DNA from: Thermosediminibacterales bacterium
GTDB taxonomy: Bacteria; Bacillota; Thermosediminibacteria; Koleobacterales; JARRCM01
Reading direction: 5' to 3'
Assembly (NCBI GenBank): GCA_029982205.1
Contig: JARRCM010000006.1
Span: 9,438-73,437 of the forward strand
DNA length: 64,000 nt
Part shown: positions 50,583 through 59,910 of the stretch, one piece after another
Layout of the letters: every line of letters starts with the position of its first letter
How positions within the stretch are numbered: position 1 is the stretch's first letter
Position numbers and translations under genes: made by a program
The notes under the pieces: model-generated
Database searches by the model: none
What the model was told of the DNA's origin: nothing
What the model saw: the letters and a program-made list of their open reading frames with translations, nothing else

Positions 50583-51143
50583 TTATTTCAATGTAAACGT
50601 TTTTAGCGGGGTATAAACAGGGCCTTTAGGTGTTAGAACACTTTTTATAAAACTTATAGAATTTATACATGTTTTTATTTCAACGTTGTTAAATTTTTGT
50701 AGCTCGTCATAAAGGTTGATTTTCAGATTTGACTTTATTCTGCCTAAGGTCATATGGGCTTTAAATTTTCTTTTTTCTTTTGAAAACCCTATTTTGAAAA
50801 GTTCTGTTTCCAGTTCATTATAAATATTAACAAGGCTTTCTGTTTCCGGATGAACCGCAATCCATATAACTTTCGGATTTTTAAAATTCGGAAACACGCC
50901 TAAGCCTTTAAAAGATAACCTAAATGCAGTTTTACCTTTGAAAACTTGTTCCGATTTTTTGATGATTTCTATGGCTCTTTCTGGTGAAACTTCACCTAAA
51001 AACTTTATTGTAACATGAAAATTATGAGGATCCACCCACTTTACCGGATATATTTTGTTTTTGATATTTTTTTGCAGTAAACTCAATTTGTTCACAGCAT
51101 CTTCAGTTAAGTCTGCTGCAAAAAATCCCCTTATATTGTACAT
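50583..51143 (-). CDS. thpR: 2H-phosphoesterase, RNA 2',3'-cyclic phosphodiesterase / 2'-5' RNA ligase (LigT/ThpR)
   Basis: Two HxT/S motifs (HVTIKFLG and HMTLGRI). Start set at ATG 51143 (GGAGG 5 nt upstream) rather than the longer track ORF. Confidence 0.85.
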   Translation of the reverse strand: MYNIRGFFAADLTEDAVNKLSLLQKNIKNKIYPVKWVDPHNFHVTIKFLGEVSPERAIEIIKKSEQVFKGKTAFRLSFKGLGVFPNFKNPKVIWIAVHPETESLVNIYNELETELFKIGFSKEKRKFKAHMTLGRIKSNLKINLYDELQKFNNVEIKTCINSISFIKSVLTPKGPVYTPLKTFTLK

Positions 51144-51216
51144 AACAACCTCCTGCATTAATAATTCTACATTAATAGATGTTTTCCTTCTAGACAAAAA
51201 AAAGAGGTTTAAACCC

Positions 51217-52590
51217 TTAATCAATCAAAACTCGTTCAAGGGTCAAACCCCTTTTCAAATTATAAACTTTAATAATATCTGCTGCCACTAGTTTCGGCGA
51301 TTCATTAATGTCAAAATACAACAGCACTACACTATAAGGTATTTCTTTTTGGGTTTGCAGCCCCCTTATACCAGCTGCTCCAGAAGTCCCTGCATTAACA
51401 AAAACACTACCGTCAATGTTTTCTATACCGAAAGAATGAGTATGGCCAAAAAGAACAACTTTTTTGTTTTTAAATATTTTTTTGGCTATAACAGGGTTAT
51501 GGGTTGCAGCTATATCGATAGGTGTATTTATGTTTTCCATCGTATTGATTATGTTTTCGGTAAATGTATCCAAAATAAACCCATCCGGCGGTTTGATATC
51601 ATTGTAATCAGCCGAGGGGTCTTGAACCCCAAATATTTTCAAACCTTTAACTTTAACTAAATCTTCTTTTAAAACTACTACATTTTTAAGTGTTTTCATT
51701 TTTTCAGTTATTATAGGCGAATCATGATTACCGGGAATAAAAATATAAGGTATCTTCAATTTTTCAATTCGGGTTAAAAGCTCTGCTTCCAGTGGTGTTC
51801 CAAAATCGGTAATGTCTCCGGTATCAATTATAATATCTGCTTTGAAACTTTCAACAATATCTTCTATAAAATCCATTGCAACAGGATTGTTATGAATGTC
51901 CGAAACATGAAGAACTTTGATTCTTTCTTTTTCATTCAATCCTAAAGGCTTAAGCTCATCTATTTTTTCAAAAAGTGTATAAATGTTTTCTGCCATTATC
52001 TCCATTCGGTCACCTAACTCATTAACTTTCGAAAGGGCTTCTTCCGCCAATCCCATCATCCATGGGGCAGCTTTTAAAATGCCTGTATATTCAGGGTTTG
52101 AAAAAGCATTGTAATCATAAGTGTAATATGTTAACGAAACCATCGCTGCCATAAACAACAAACCAATCAAACCATAAAAAAAAACATATTTTATAGCTTT
52201 TAAATTTGCGGCATACGCTGCAAAAACTGCTCCTAAAAAGGAAAGAAACAGGAGTTTTAATATATAGATTTTTATTATCTTGCCTGCTTCATTTTTAATA
52301 TCATTGAATATTGCCAACTTGTCAGGTGATGAAAGCAGTATGTCTTTGATAACATCAAGATTAACATTTGTTAATGTAATATTAATCTGAAGCGGGGTTT
52401 TGTGGGTGATTGCCGTTATCCTGCCTATAGGTGGAATATTAACATTTGTAGCCGGTCTAGTAGAGAATTTAGAAGACAGTTTTATCTCAAAAGCACTAAT
52501 TCGAGCAGAATATTCACCAAATATATGGACAAAAACCAGAACACCTATCAGTGAAACAAATAATATCCATAACATCTTTTTTCTGCTCAT
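51217..52590 (-). CDS. Membrane-anchored calcineurin-like metallophosphoesterase
   Basis: 457 aa. The N-terminal half has a signal anchor plus 3 TM helices. The C-terminal half carries SDIHNN, DTGDITDFG, GNHD, GHTH and GAAG motifs. Confidence 0.8.
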   Translation of the reverse strand: MSRKKMLWILFVSLIGVLVFVHIFGEYSARISAFEIKLSSKFSTRPATNVNIPPIGRITAITHKTPLQINITLTNVNLDVIKDILLSSPDKLAIFNDIKNEAGKIIKIYILKLLFLSFLGAVFAAYAANLKAIKYVFFYGLIGLLFMAAMVSLTYYTYDYNAFSNPEYTGILKAAPWMMGLAEEALSKVNELGDRMEIMAENIYTLFEKIDELKPLGLNEKERIKVLHVSDIHNNPVAMDFIEDIVESFKADIIIDTGDITDFGTPLEAELLTRIEKLKIPYIFIPGNHDSPIITEKMKTLKNVVVLKEDLVKVKGLKIFGVQDPSADYNDIKPPDGFILDTFTENIINTMENINTPIDIAATHNPVIAKKIFKNKKVVLFGHTHSFGIENIDGSVFVNAGTSGAAGIRGLQTQKEIPYSVVLLYFDINESPKLVAADIIKVYNLKRGLTLERVLID

Positions 52591-52603
52591 TCAATCACCC
52601 GTT

Positions 52604-53839
52604 TCACGGCAAATTTATTAGATACTTCCTCAACATGTTAAGTGCAGTGAGAGCAGCACGGTTTTTTATGATCTCTCTTCTACCGTTAAATACATAATTT
52701 TTGCAAATAGTGTTTTCTGGAGTTGAAAGTGCAACATAAACAAGACCAACCGGTTTGTCAGGAGTAGCTCCAGAAGGGCCTGCAATACCTGTCACAGCCA
52801 AGCCCAGCTTGCTTCCTGAAACTTTTCTTATTCCTTCAGCCATTGCTGTAGCAGTTTCTTTGCTGACTGCTCCAAAGCTGTTCAAAATCTCAGGCGGTAC
52901 GCCTAATTCTTCAATTTTTGATTTGTTACTGTATGTTACTATACATCTATCGAAAACTTTCGAAATTCCCGGAACGTTGGTAAGTTTATCAGCTATAAGA
53001 CCTCCTGTACATGATTCAGCTATTGAGATTGTTTGGTTTTTATCAACAAGGATTTTACCAACACATTCTTCTAAAGTTTCATCATCCACACCGTAAACAT
53101 ACTTGCCGACCCTTGCTCTAATTAGTTTTTCCATATTTGATATTTTTTCTTCAACTTTTTTTGCCTCTGTTCCTTTTGCAGTGATTCTCAGAGAAACTTC
53201 ACCTCTTCCTGCTAAAGGAGCAAGTGTCGGGTTATCGCTTCTAAGTAAATCTTTTATTTTTTCTTCAAGGCTTGATTCACCTATTCCTATGAATTTAAGG
53301 ACTTTAGATTTTATTATCCCCTGACCTCTTTTTATCAAATATGGTTCTACATGTTCTTTATACATAGCCATCATTTCATTTGGCGGACCAGGAAGCATAA
53401 ACACCGTTTTGTTGTTTTTTTCTATTAAAACTCCGGGGGCAGTACCCTGTCTGTTCGGTAGTGCGATAGAACCTTTGGGAATCAAGGCTTGTTTTTTGTT
53501 GTTATTAGTCATTTTTACTTTAATCTTCTCAAAATAATTTTTAATGCTCTGCAAAGCTTCAAAATCTTCTTCAAGCTCTAGCCCCAAAACATCAGCAATG
53601 GTTTCTTTTGTAAGGTCGTCTTCTGTTGGGCCTAACCCTCCGGTAGTAATGATTAAATCAGAACGTTTTAGGGCTGTTTCAAACACAGATTTTAACCTTT
53701 TCTGATTGTCACCTACCTCTGTTCGATAATAAACATTAATTCCTATGCTGGCAAGGGACTTAGACAAATACTGCGCATTTGTGTTCAAAATTTGGCCCAG
53801 GAGAAGCTCGGTTCCAATTGAAATAATTTCAGCATTCAT
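52604..53839 (-). CDS. cinA: CinA (competence/damage-inducible protein; MoCF-binding domain plus NMN deamidase PncC domain)
   Basis: MNAEIISIGTELLLGQILNTN start with GAGGTG SD, TGGLGPTEDDLT, and a C-terminal CinA domain with AESCTGG. The track ORF is N-terminally over-extended. Confidence 0.92.
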   Translation of the reverse strand: MNAEIISIGTELLLGQILNTNAQYLSKSLASIGINVYYRTEVGDNQKRLKSVFETALKRSDLIITTGGLGPTEDDLTKETIADVLGLELEEDFEALQSIKNYFEKIKVKMTNNNKKQALIPKGSIALPNRQGTAPGVLIEKNNKTVFMLPGPPNEMMAMYKEHVEPYLIKRGQGIIKSKVLKFIGIGESSLEEKIKDLLRSDNPTLAPLAGRGEVSLRITAKGTEAKKVEEKISNMEKLIRARVGKYVYGVDDETLEECVGKILVDKNQTISIAESCTGGLIADKLTNVPGISKVFDRCIVTYSNKSKIEELGVPPEILNSFGAVSKETATAMAEGIRKVSGSKLGLAVTGIAGPSGATPDKPVGLVYVALSTPENTICKNYVFNGRREIIKNRAALTALNMLRKYLINLP

Positions 53840-53867
53840 TCTGAACACCTCGATCAAAAATATTTTT

Positions 53868-55385
53868 TTAATATATAATTCTTTCTTCAATTTCATAATC
53901 CTTTATTTTGGTACGTTGAATTTCTTTCAATAGTTTTTTGAATTGAGCACCGCCGATCTTTTCCTGGTCTAATAATATGTTTACTAATTTATTTATAACA
54001 CTTGCGTTTTTTTCTAATACTGAATTTACAAAAATCTCCTGTTTTTTCAAAATCGCTTTCGTTTCATTATGAATCGTTTTTGATGAAACATTCTCTTTAT
54101 CTACAACCCCTAAAGAAGAAAGCCCTGAAAAAATTATTTTTTTTGCCAGTTTGACAGCCTGTTCAAAGTCGTTAGAAGACCCGGTGCTTTTATCACCTAT
54201 TATTAATTGTTCTGCACATGCCCCTGCCATACATACAGCAATTTGGTTTTCTATATATTTTTTTGTATATAAATACATGTCATCTTCAGGTGTCTGCCTC
54301 ATATATCCAAGGGCATTGCCCCTCGATGTTATTGTTATTGCGGATACTGATCCGGGCCTTACAACTTCACTAATTATGGCATGCCCTGTTTCATGAACTG
54401 CCACTCTATACAGCTCATCTTTCTTCGGTTTTCTGTCAAGTTTTTCCCCCATTATAACCTTGTCTACCGCTTCGAGAAAATGTTTTTGCTGTATTTTATT
54501 TTTGTTTTCTCTAAGAGCTAAAATAGCAGCTTCATTAGTTAAACTCTCTAAATGAGCTCCTGAAAAACCAAAAGTTTCTTTAGCGATAATTTCCAAATCT
54601 ACGTCAGAATCAAGAGGCTTGTTTTTAGTATGAAGTTTTAATATATGAATTCTCCCTTCTTTATCGGGAAGGTCAACTTTTACAACCCTGTCAAAACGTC
54701 CGGGCCTCATTATGGCTGGATCAAGAATTTCAGGACGGTTTGTTGCCCCTATTAATAACAATCTAACTTGGTCATCAACTGATATGCCGTCCATCTCAAC
54801 CAATAATTGGTTTAAAGTTTGATCATATTCCAAATGACTTTGATGTTGACCACGTCTGCCAGCCAACACATCTATTTCATCTATAAATATAACAGCATTG
54901 CTCTTTTCTTTTTTCAAAGCTTCTTCCCTTGCTGTTTTAAAAAGCTGGCGAACTCTTTGAGCACCTACCCCTGCATACATCTCTATAAATTCACTGCCCG
55001 AAGCAGTAATAAATACTGAATCTATATAATTTGCAGCAGCTTTAGCCATCAATGTCTTTCCCGTACCTGGAGGGCCGATTAGAAGAATCCCTTTTAAAGG
55101 CCTGATGCCAAGCCCTTTGATTTTTTCTTCGTTAATAATGAAATCTAATGCTTCTAACAATTCTTTTTTGGCTGTTTTTTGTCCGCCTATTTCATTAAAA
55201 GTTATTATACCGTCTCTTTTAGATATGTTTTTATAATTTTTTCTGGCGATTATTCCATTTTGTGTCAAATAATAAACTGCTCCAAGCATTCCAAAAAAGA
55301 AAATTAAAGGCATTAAATTAATGCCTTGAAAAAGCAGAAATATGAATACAGCTAATATTGCTCCGATACCGATCTCTTTAATCAT
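53868..55385 (-). CDS. Short FtsH-like AAA+ / M41 zinc metalloprotease lacking the extracytoplasmic domain
   Basis: 505 aa. Two closely spaced N-terminal TM helices, Walker A GPPGTGKT, Walker B IFIDEID, pore loop MYAGVGA, SRH ATNRPEILDPAIMRPGRFD and HETGHAI zinc site. Confidence 0.88.
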   Translation of the reverse strand: MIKEIGIGAILAVFIFLLFQGINLMPLIFFFGMLGAVYYLTQNGIIARKNYKNISKRDGIITFNEIGGQKTAKKELLEALDFIINEEKIKGLGIRPLKGILLIGPPGTGKTLMAKAAANYIDSVFITASGSEFIEMYAGVGAQRVRQLFKTAREEALKKEKSNAVIFIDEIDVLAGRRGQHQSHLEYDQTLNQLLVEMDGISVDDQVRLLLIGATNRPEILDPAIMRPGRFDRVVKVDLPDKEGRIHILKLHTKNKPLDSDVDLEIIAKETFGFSGAHLESLTNEAAILALRENKNKIQQKHFLEAVDKVIMGEKLDRKPKKDELYRVAVHETGHAIISEVVRPGSVSAITITSRGNALGYMRQTPEDDMYLYTKKYIENQIAVCMAGACAEQLIIGDKSTGSSNDFEQAVKLAKKIIFSGLSSLGVVDKENVSSKTIHNETKAILKKQEIFVNSVLEKNASVINKLVNILLDQEKIGGAQFKKLLKEIQRTKIKDYEIEERIIY

Positions 55386-55944
55386 TTTTGTTCCCCCTTT
55401 CAGTAATGTTAGCCGCCCAATATGGTGTATCTGTTCTGGAAACTATTTTATATAGATATTTATCTTCATTGTTGAGTTGAATATATAAGTTCTTTTCATC
55501 AATATAAAGTTTTGAATTGACATTACTTCTTTGAGATTCTGCCATAATATATTGAGACATCTTCAAAAAGTCACCTTTTTGAATTGCCTCATAAACAACA
55601 AATTGTATTTTATAATAAAATTCATTCAGTTTCTCATCAGCATTTTTATCATTTTCTAATTTTATAACAAACTTTTTGTTATTCAGCACTTTTTCTGTTC
55701 CAACTAAAAGAGAGTCATAAGCATCTTTTAGATTGTCTACCTGTTTTAAAGTCAAGTTGATTTCTTTAATGCTATTTTTGTTGATGATTTCATAGTCTTT
55801 AACAATTGATGAGTTTTCATAAAACTCTTTTAGTGGTTTTTCGATATAATATATTCTATAAACATAATTAGCCAAAAATAATATGCTCAAAAAAACGAGT
55901 AAAAAAATCATTACTCGCCTAACATTAATATCTTTAAATTCCAA
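55378..55944 (-). CDS. Hypothetical membrane-anchored protein overlapping the FtsH-like gene by 8 nt
   Basis: 188 aa with a TTG start behind a GGGGGAGGGGGA SD. One N-terminal TM helix, then a K/N/E/Y-rich soluble domain. I recognise no family. Confidence 0.55.
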   Translation of the reverse strand: MEFKDINVRRVMIFLLVFLSILFLANYVYRIYYIEKPLKEFYENSSIVKDYEIINKNSIKEINLTLKQVDNLKDAYDSLLVGTEKVLNNKKFVIKLENDKNADEKLNEFYYKIQFVVYEAIQKGDFLKMSQYIMAESQRSNVNSKLYIDEKNLYIQLNNEDKYLYKIVSRTDTPYWAANITERGNKND

Positions 55945-56034
55945 TGGGTCCCCCTCCCCCTGCCTCTTGTTTACATAATATTATTATATCATACATAATT
56001 CTTTTATATCAAACACAAAAAAGTTTTTAAAAAC

Positions 56035-56060
56035 AAAAAAGGCACTTTTTATTCTGTGCC
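56035..56060 (-). terminator. Terminator at the pgsA stop
   Basis: GGCAC-agaauaaaaa-GUGCC stem spanning the stop codon, followed by UUUUUUGUUUUU. Confidence 0.55.
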
Positions 56061-56606
56061 TGTTTTAATTAATTCTCTTCCGCGATACAGGTAATCGATT
56101 CCGGATAAGACAGTGAAAAACACGGCAAATCCCATAAATATTTCTCCAAAAGGAATATGAAGCCTCATCAATGAAAGAGGGTAATCGTTAACCAAAATGC
56201 TTACAATCGCTATAATTTGAGTTAATGTCTTGATTTTCCCTAGTTTGCTGGCAGAAATAACTATGCCTTCAGAAGCTGCTATTACCCTTAATCCGGTGAT
56301 AGCGAACTCTCTACCTATAATAATCATCGCAACCCAAGTTGATAATCTTCCCATTTCAACCAGAGATACTAATGCTGCTGTTATTAGCAATTTGTCTGCA
56401 AGTGGATCTATGAATTTGCCTAATTTTGTTATTTGATTTCTGGACCTCGCAATATATCCATCCAGACCATCCGTACTTGCAGCAAGTATAAAAATTCCTG
56501 TCGCAATATATATGCCATATTTCACTTTTGTTAGCAGAAAAAAAAGAAAAACAGGAACTAAAAATATCCTTATCAAAGTCAGTTTATTGGCCAAATTAAG
56601 ATTCAT
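56049..56606 (-). CDS. pgsA: CDP-diacylglycerol--glycerol-3-phosphate 3-phosphatidyltransferase
   Basis: CDP-alcohol phosphotransferase motif DGLDGYIAR...G...DPLADK. Start taken at MNLNLANKLTLIRI. Confidence 0.93.
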   Translation of the reverse strand: MNLNLANKLTLIRIFLVPVFLFFLLTKVKYGIYIATGIFILAASTDGLDGYIARSRNQITKLGKFIDPLADKLLITAALVSLVEMGRLSTWVAMIIIGREFAITGLRVIAASEGIVISASKLGKIKTLTQIIAIVSILVNDYPLSLMRLHIPFGEIFMGFAVFFTVLSGIDYLYRGRELIKTGTE

Positions 56607-57942
56607 CAAGAACCTCTCCAATCAAGTCATAATCCAATCCTTTTATTATTTTAGCATGAACAAAACTGCCAATTTTTATCTTTTTGTCTGACTTTACAAA
56701 AATTTCACCATCTATTTCCGGTGCATCACGATATGTTCTTCCATAATACATGTTTTTTTCATCATCAAAACCTTCTACTAAAACTTTAAATGTTTTACCA
56801 CAAAGGTTTTCGTTTTTTTTACGAGATATATCTTTTTGAAGCTTCATCAATTTGTTATACCTTTTAATTTTTTCGGATTTCGAAACCTGTAACGGCATAA
56901 GTGCCGCAGGTGTTCCTCCTTCTTGAGAATAAGAAAAAACTCCGAGCTTGTCAAATTCTACTTCCCTTACAAAATCTAACAATTCTTCAAACTCTTCTTC
57001 AGTTTCTCCCGGAAATCCTACTATAAAAGTAGTTCTTAAAACAATTCCAGGGATTTTCTTTCTCAATTTGGCTATAAGGTTTTTGATTTGTGTTTTGGTT
57101 GTTTTTCTCCCCATTTTTTTGAGAATGTCGTTGTTTATGTGTTGCAGCGGGATATCTAAATATCTGCATATTTTATCATTGTTTAGTATTGTATTTATCA
57201 GTTCTTCTGAAATATATTGCGGATAGCAATACAAAAGCCTTATCCATTCAACCCCTGAAATTTTTGAAGCCGATTCTATCAGTTCAGGCAGCTTGTATTC
57301 ACCATACAAATCAATGCCGTATTGTGTAGTATCTTGAGCTATCAAGATTATTTCTTTTGCTCCGGAATTTGCAAAGCGCCGTATTTCATTTAATATGTTT
57401 TCTAGATGCCTGCTTTTGTAACTTCCTCGCAACAATGGTATTACACAATAGGTGCACCTGTTATTACACCCCTCGGCAACTTTAATATAAACAGTATGTT
57501 TTGGTGCGGTTGATACCCTTGGCAGGTTTTCAGGATAACAAAATTCGTTTTGCAGTTCTGTTAAGTTTAAACCATGTTTGCCATTAATACATTGCTTTAT
57601 TACATTGACTATTTCGGTATAATTCATTGTTCCGATAAGGGCATCAATCTCGCCTATCTGATCCAACAGCTCGTCTTTATACCTTTGGGCAAGACATCCG
57701 GTAACTATAATCTTTTTGTTTTTGTCTAATTTCTTATAGTTAATAAGCTCAAAAATTGTATCGATTGATTCTTGTTTTGCATCTTCTATAAATCCACAGG
57801 TGTTTACAACTAAAATTTGAGCATCTTTAGGGTCTCTGGTAAAGCTAAAGCCTTCCTTTTGCAAAAGGCCCAACATAATTTCACTGTCTATTAGGTTTTT
57901 ATCACAACCAAGTGATATAAATCCGACTTTAAATGACTGCAT
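56596..57942 (-). CDS. rimO: Ribosomal protein S12 methylthiotransferase RimO
   Basis: Radical-SAM CNNRCTYCVIP, N-domain SLGCDKN and a C-terminal TRAM domain. Start at ATG 57942 (GGAGG 8 nt upstream), so the track ORF is over-extended. Confidence 0.9.
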   Translation of the reverse strand: MQSFKVGFISLGCDKNLIDSEIMLGLLQKEGFSFTRDPKDAQILVVNTCGFIEDAKQESIDTIFELINYKKLDKNKKIIVTGCLAQRYKDELLDQIGEIDALIGTMNYTEIVNVIKQCINGKHGLNLTELQNEFCYPENLPRVSTAPKHTVYIKVAEGCNNRCTYCVIPLLRGSYKSRHLENILNEIRRFANSGAKEIILIAQDTTQYGIDLYGEYKLPELIESASKISGVEWIRLLYCYPQYISEELINTILNNDKICRYLDIPLQHINNDILKKMGRKTTKTQIKNLIAKLRKKIPGIVLRTTFIVGFPGETEEEFEELLDFVREVEFDKLGVFSYSQEGGTPAALMPLQVSKSEKIKRYNKLMKLQKDISRKKNENLCGKTFKVLVEGFDDEKNMYYGRTYRDAPEIDGEIFVKSDKKIKIGSFVHAKIIKGLDYDLIGEVLDES

Positions 57943-58032
57943 CGAATTTTCCTCCATTTTCAAACTGATTTTTAGTATATTGTATTTATTTAATTCTGTC
58001 AATTTTCAATGCCAATCAAAATAAGCTGATAT

Positions 58033-58857
58033 TTATTTACTTTTTTCAAAAACAAAATTTCTTGCAGTTTTACCTAAACCGTTCAACTCAAAGCCATTTA
58101 TATAAATATTTGCCGATAATGGGTTGCCAATTCTTATTACTATTTTTTCTTTGCCTGCCCATTCTTTTTCATTATCAGTTTCTTTAATTGTTCCTTCAAA
58201 AACCGGAGTGCCGTCAACATTTACTGATATCCAGCACCTGTCTGTTGTTTTGAATTTCATGTTAATGCTGTCTGAGTCTATTAGATAATAAACATTGTTT
58301 TCATCTTCTTTGATTTTTATTACTTTACTTTGCGTATCGGGAACATATTGGTTAGATTCATTGCTTTTTGGAACATAACTCTTATTAAGCTCAGTATTTG
58401 AAGGAGTATTATCAATCTCAGCTTTTTGTTGTATGTTTAATGATTCTTGATTTTGCGGCAAATCGTTCTTTTTGAATACGAAAAAAATTGAGATTATTAC
58501 AATTACAATTATCAACAAGGCTGCTGCTTTATATAAAAAAGTATTCTTAAAACTAACTTTTTCTGGAAATATAGTGATTGATTGTTCATCTGATTTTTCG
58601 TCTGTTAACTGATCAGGGTCTTCTTTGTTTAACTTTTTATATTCTTGTATGATTTCTTCACCGTTAATATCAACACAGCTGGCATAATTCTTAATGAAAC
58701 CTTTTACATATGGTTCTCCGCCAGGAATTTTATCAAATTCACCCTCTTCGATGTTTTTTAAGTATTTAACTTTTATTTTCGTTTCCTGGCTAATATCATC
58801 TAATGTTAATTCTTTTTTGATTCTAGCACTTTTTAATTTTTCTCCAATCTGTTTCAA
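58033..58857 (-). CDS. rodZ: RodZ-like cytoskeleton protein (XRE HTH, TM helix, DUF4115)
   Basis: 274 aa. N-terminal HTH (IGEKLKSARIKKELTLDDISQETKIKVKYLKNIEEG), one central TM helix and a C-terminal beta-rich domain. Confidence 0.8.
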   Translation of the reverse strand: MKQIGEKLKSARIKKELTLDDISQETKIKVKYLKNIEEGEFDKIPGGEPYVKGFIKNYASCVDINGEEIIQEYKKLNKEDPDQLTDEKSDEQSITIFPEKVSFKNTFLYKAAALLIIVIVIISIFFVFKKNDLPQNQESLNIQQKAEIDNTPSNTELNKSYVPKSNESNQYVPDTQSKVIKIKEDENNVYYLIDSDSINMKFKTTDRCWISVNVDGTPVFEGTIKETDNEKEWAGKEKIVIRIGNPLSANIYINGFELNGLGKTARNFVFEKSK

Positions 58858-58859
58858 AA

Positions 58860-59909
58860 TCAGCTCACCTCCCGGTCGTTATTTATGAATTTCTTAATAA
58901 TCTGTTCTGCTGCAGTTTGAAGGTTTGAAGAGTCTAAAACCATATCATATTTTTCAACTTTCAGCTCAGAATGTTTGTAAAACGGATCATAATATTTTAT
59001 CAGCAATTCTTCAATAAATCTATCAATATTCCTTGTTTCCAAATACTTTATAAGGTTTTGATAGTTTTGTTTTCCTAACTTGTTTGTTATTTTACTTAAA
59101 CTTTTTTTTATCCTTAATACTTCATCATCATTCAAATCATTTGAATAAATTTTTTTCAACCTATTAACTCTTATTGCTAAAGGAGCTTTCAACAAAATAT
59201 GTCTTCCTTGTTCCATCTTATTAATCAAAAATTTTGGTACTATAATATTCCCTATCCTTGCGCTTTCCGATTCTATAAATACTACATTTTTTGAGATTTG
59301 ATTAAGTTTTTGCAGAAGATAACTTTCGAACATTTTCTGGGAAGCGGGTCTTCCCATTCCATAAGACCCGAAGATTGAACCCCGATTATTTGCCATTTTT
59401 TCAAGATCTATAATCTCTGCACCCTTTTTCTCTAATATGGATAAAAGTTCAGTTTTCCCCACACCAGTCATGCCGTGGACTACAACAAAATCAAACCAAA
59501 GATTTATATTCTGAAGGCTTTCAATAACATATTTTCTATATGCCTTGTAGCCTCCTTTAAGTACATAAATGTTATCAAGGTTCATCAAATCCAAAACTTC
59601 AGCAATCGATCGGCTTCTCATGCCGCCTCTCCAGCAAAAAATAATTACCTTGTTGTTTTTTTGAATCTCTTTTATTGATTTATATATCTGCAAAAGTTTA
59701 GAAGATAAAATTTCTAATCCTTTTTCATAAGCACTGCCACGGTCAATTTTCTTGTATATTTTACCTATGATTTCCCTTTCTTCATTGTTAAAAACAGGTA
59801 TGTTCACAGCTCCCGGTATCGTAGCGTTTTCAAATTCTTTTGGAGACCTTAAATCTACAAATACCGCTTTTTCTAAATTTAATGCTTCATCTATGTTTAT
59901 AACTTTCAT
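58860..59909 (-). CDS. selU: tRNA 2-selenouridine synthase
   Basis: Rhodanese domain with the active-site loop CWRGGMRS, then P-loop GMTGVGKT. Start at ATG 59909, one nt after the ftsK stop. Confidence 0.85.
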   Translation of the reverse strand: MKVINIDEALNLEKAVFVDLRSPKEFENATIPGAVNIPVFNNEEREIIGKIYKKIDRGSAYEKGLEILSSKLLQIYKSIKEIQKNNKVIIFCWRGGMRSRSIAEVLDLMNLDNIYVLKGGYKAYRKYVIESLQNINLWFDFVVVHGMTGVGKTELLSILEKKGAEIIDLEKMANNRGSIFGSYGMGRPASQKMFESYLLQKLNQISKNVVFIESESARIGNIIVPKFLINKMEQGRHILLKAPLAIRVNRLKKIYSNDLNDDEVLRIKKSLSKITNKLGKQNYQNLIKYLETRNIDRFIEELLIKYYDPFYKHSELKVEKYDMVLDSSNLQTAAEQIIKKFINNDREVS

Positions 59910-59910
59910 A

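Noticed and set aside
52604-53896. N-terminally extended ORF-track versions of cinA, rimO (to 58002), selU (to 59963), thpR (to 51224), pgsA (to 56621) and the Spy-like gene (to 33103)
   Set aside because: Internal ATGs have proper SD sequences and match the conserved N-termini of the families. The extensions overlap upstream genes or lack an RBS.
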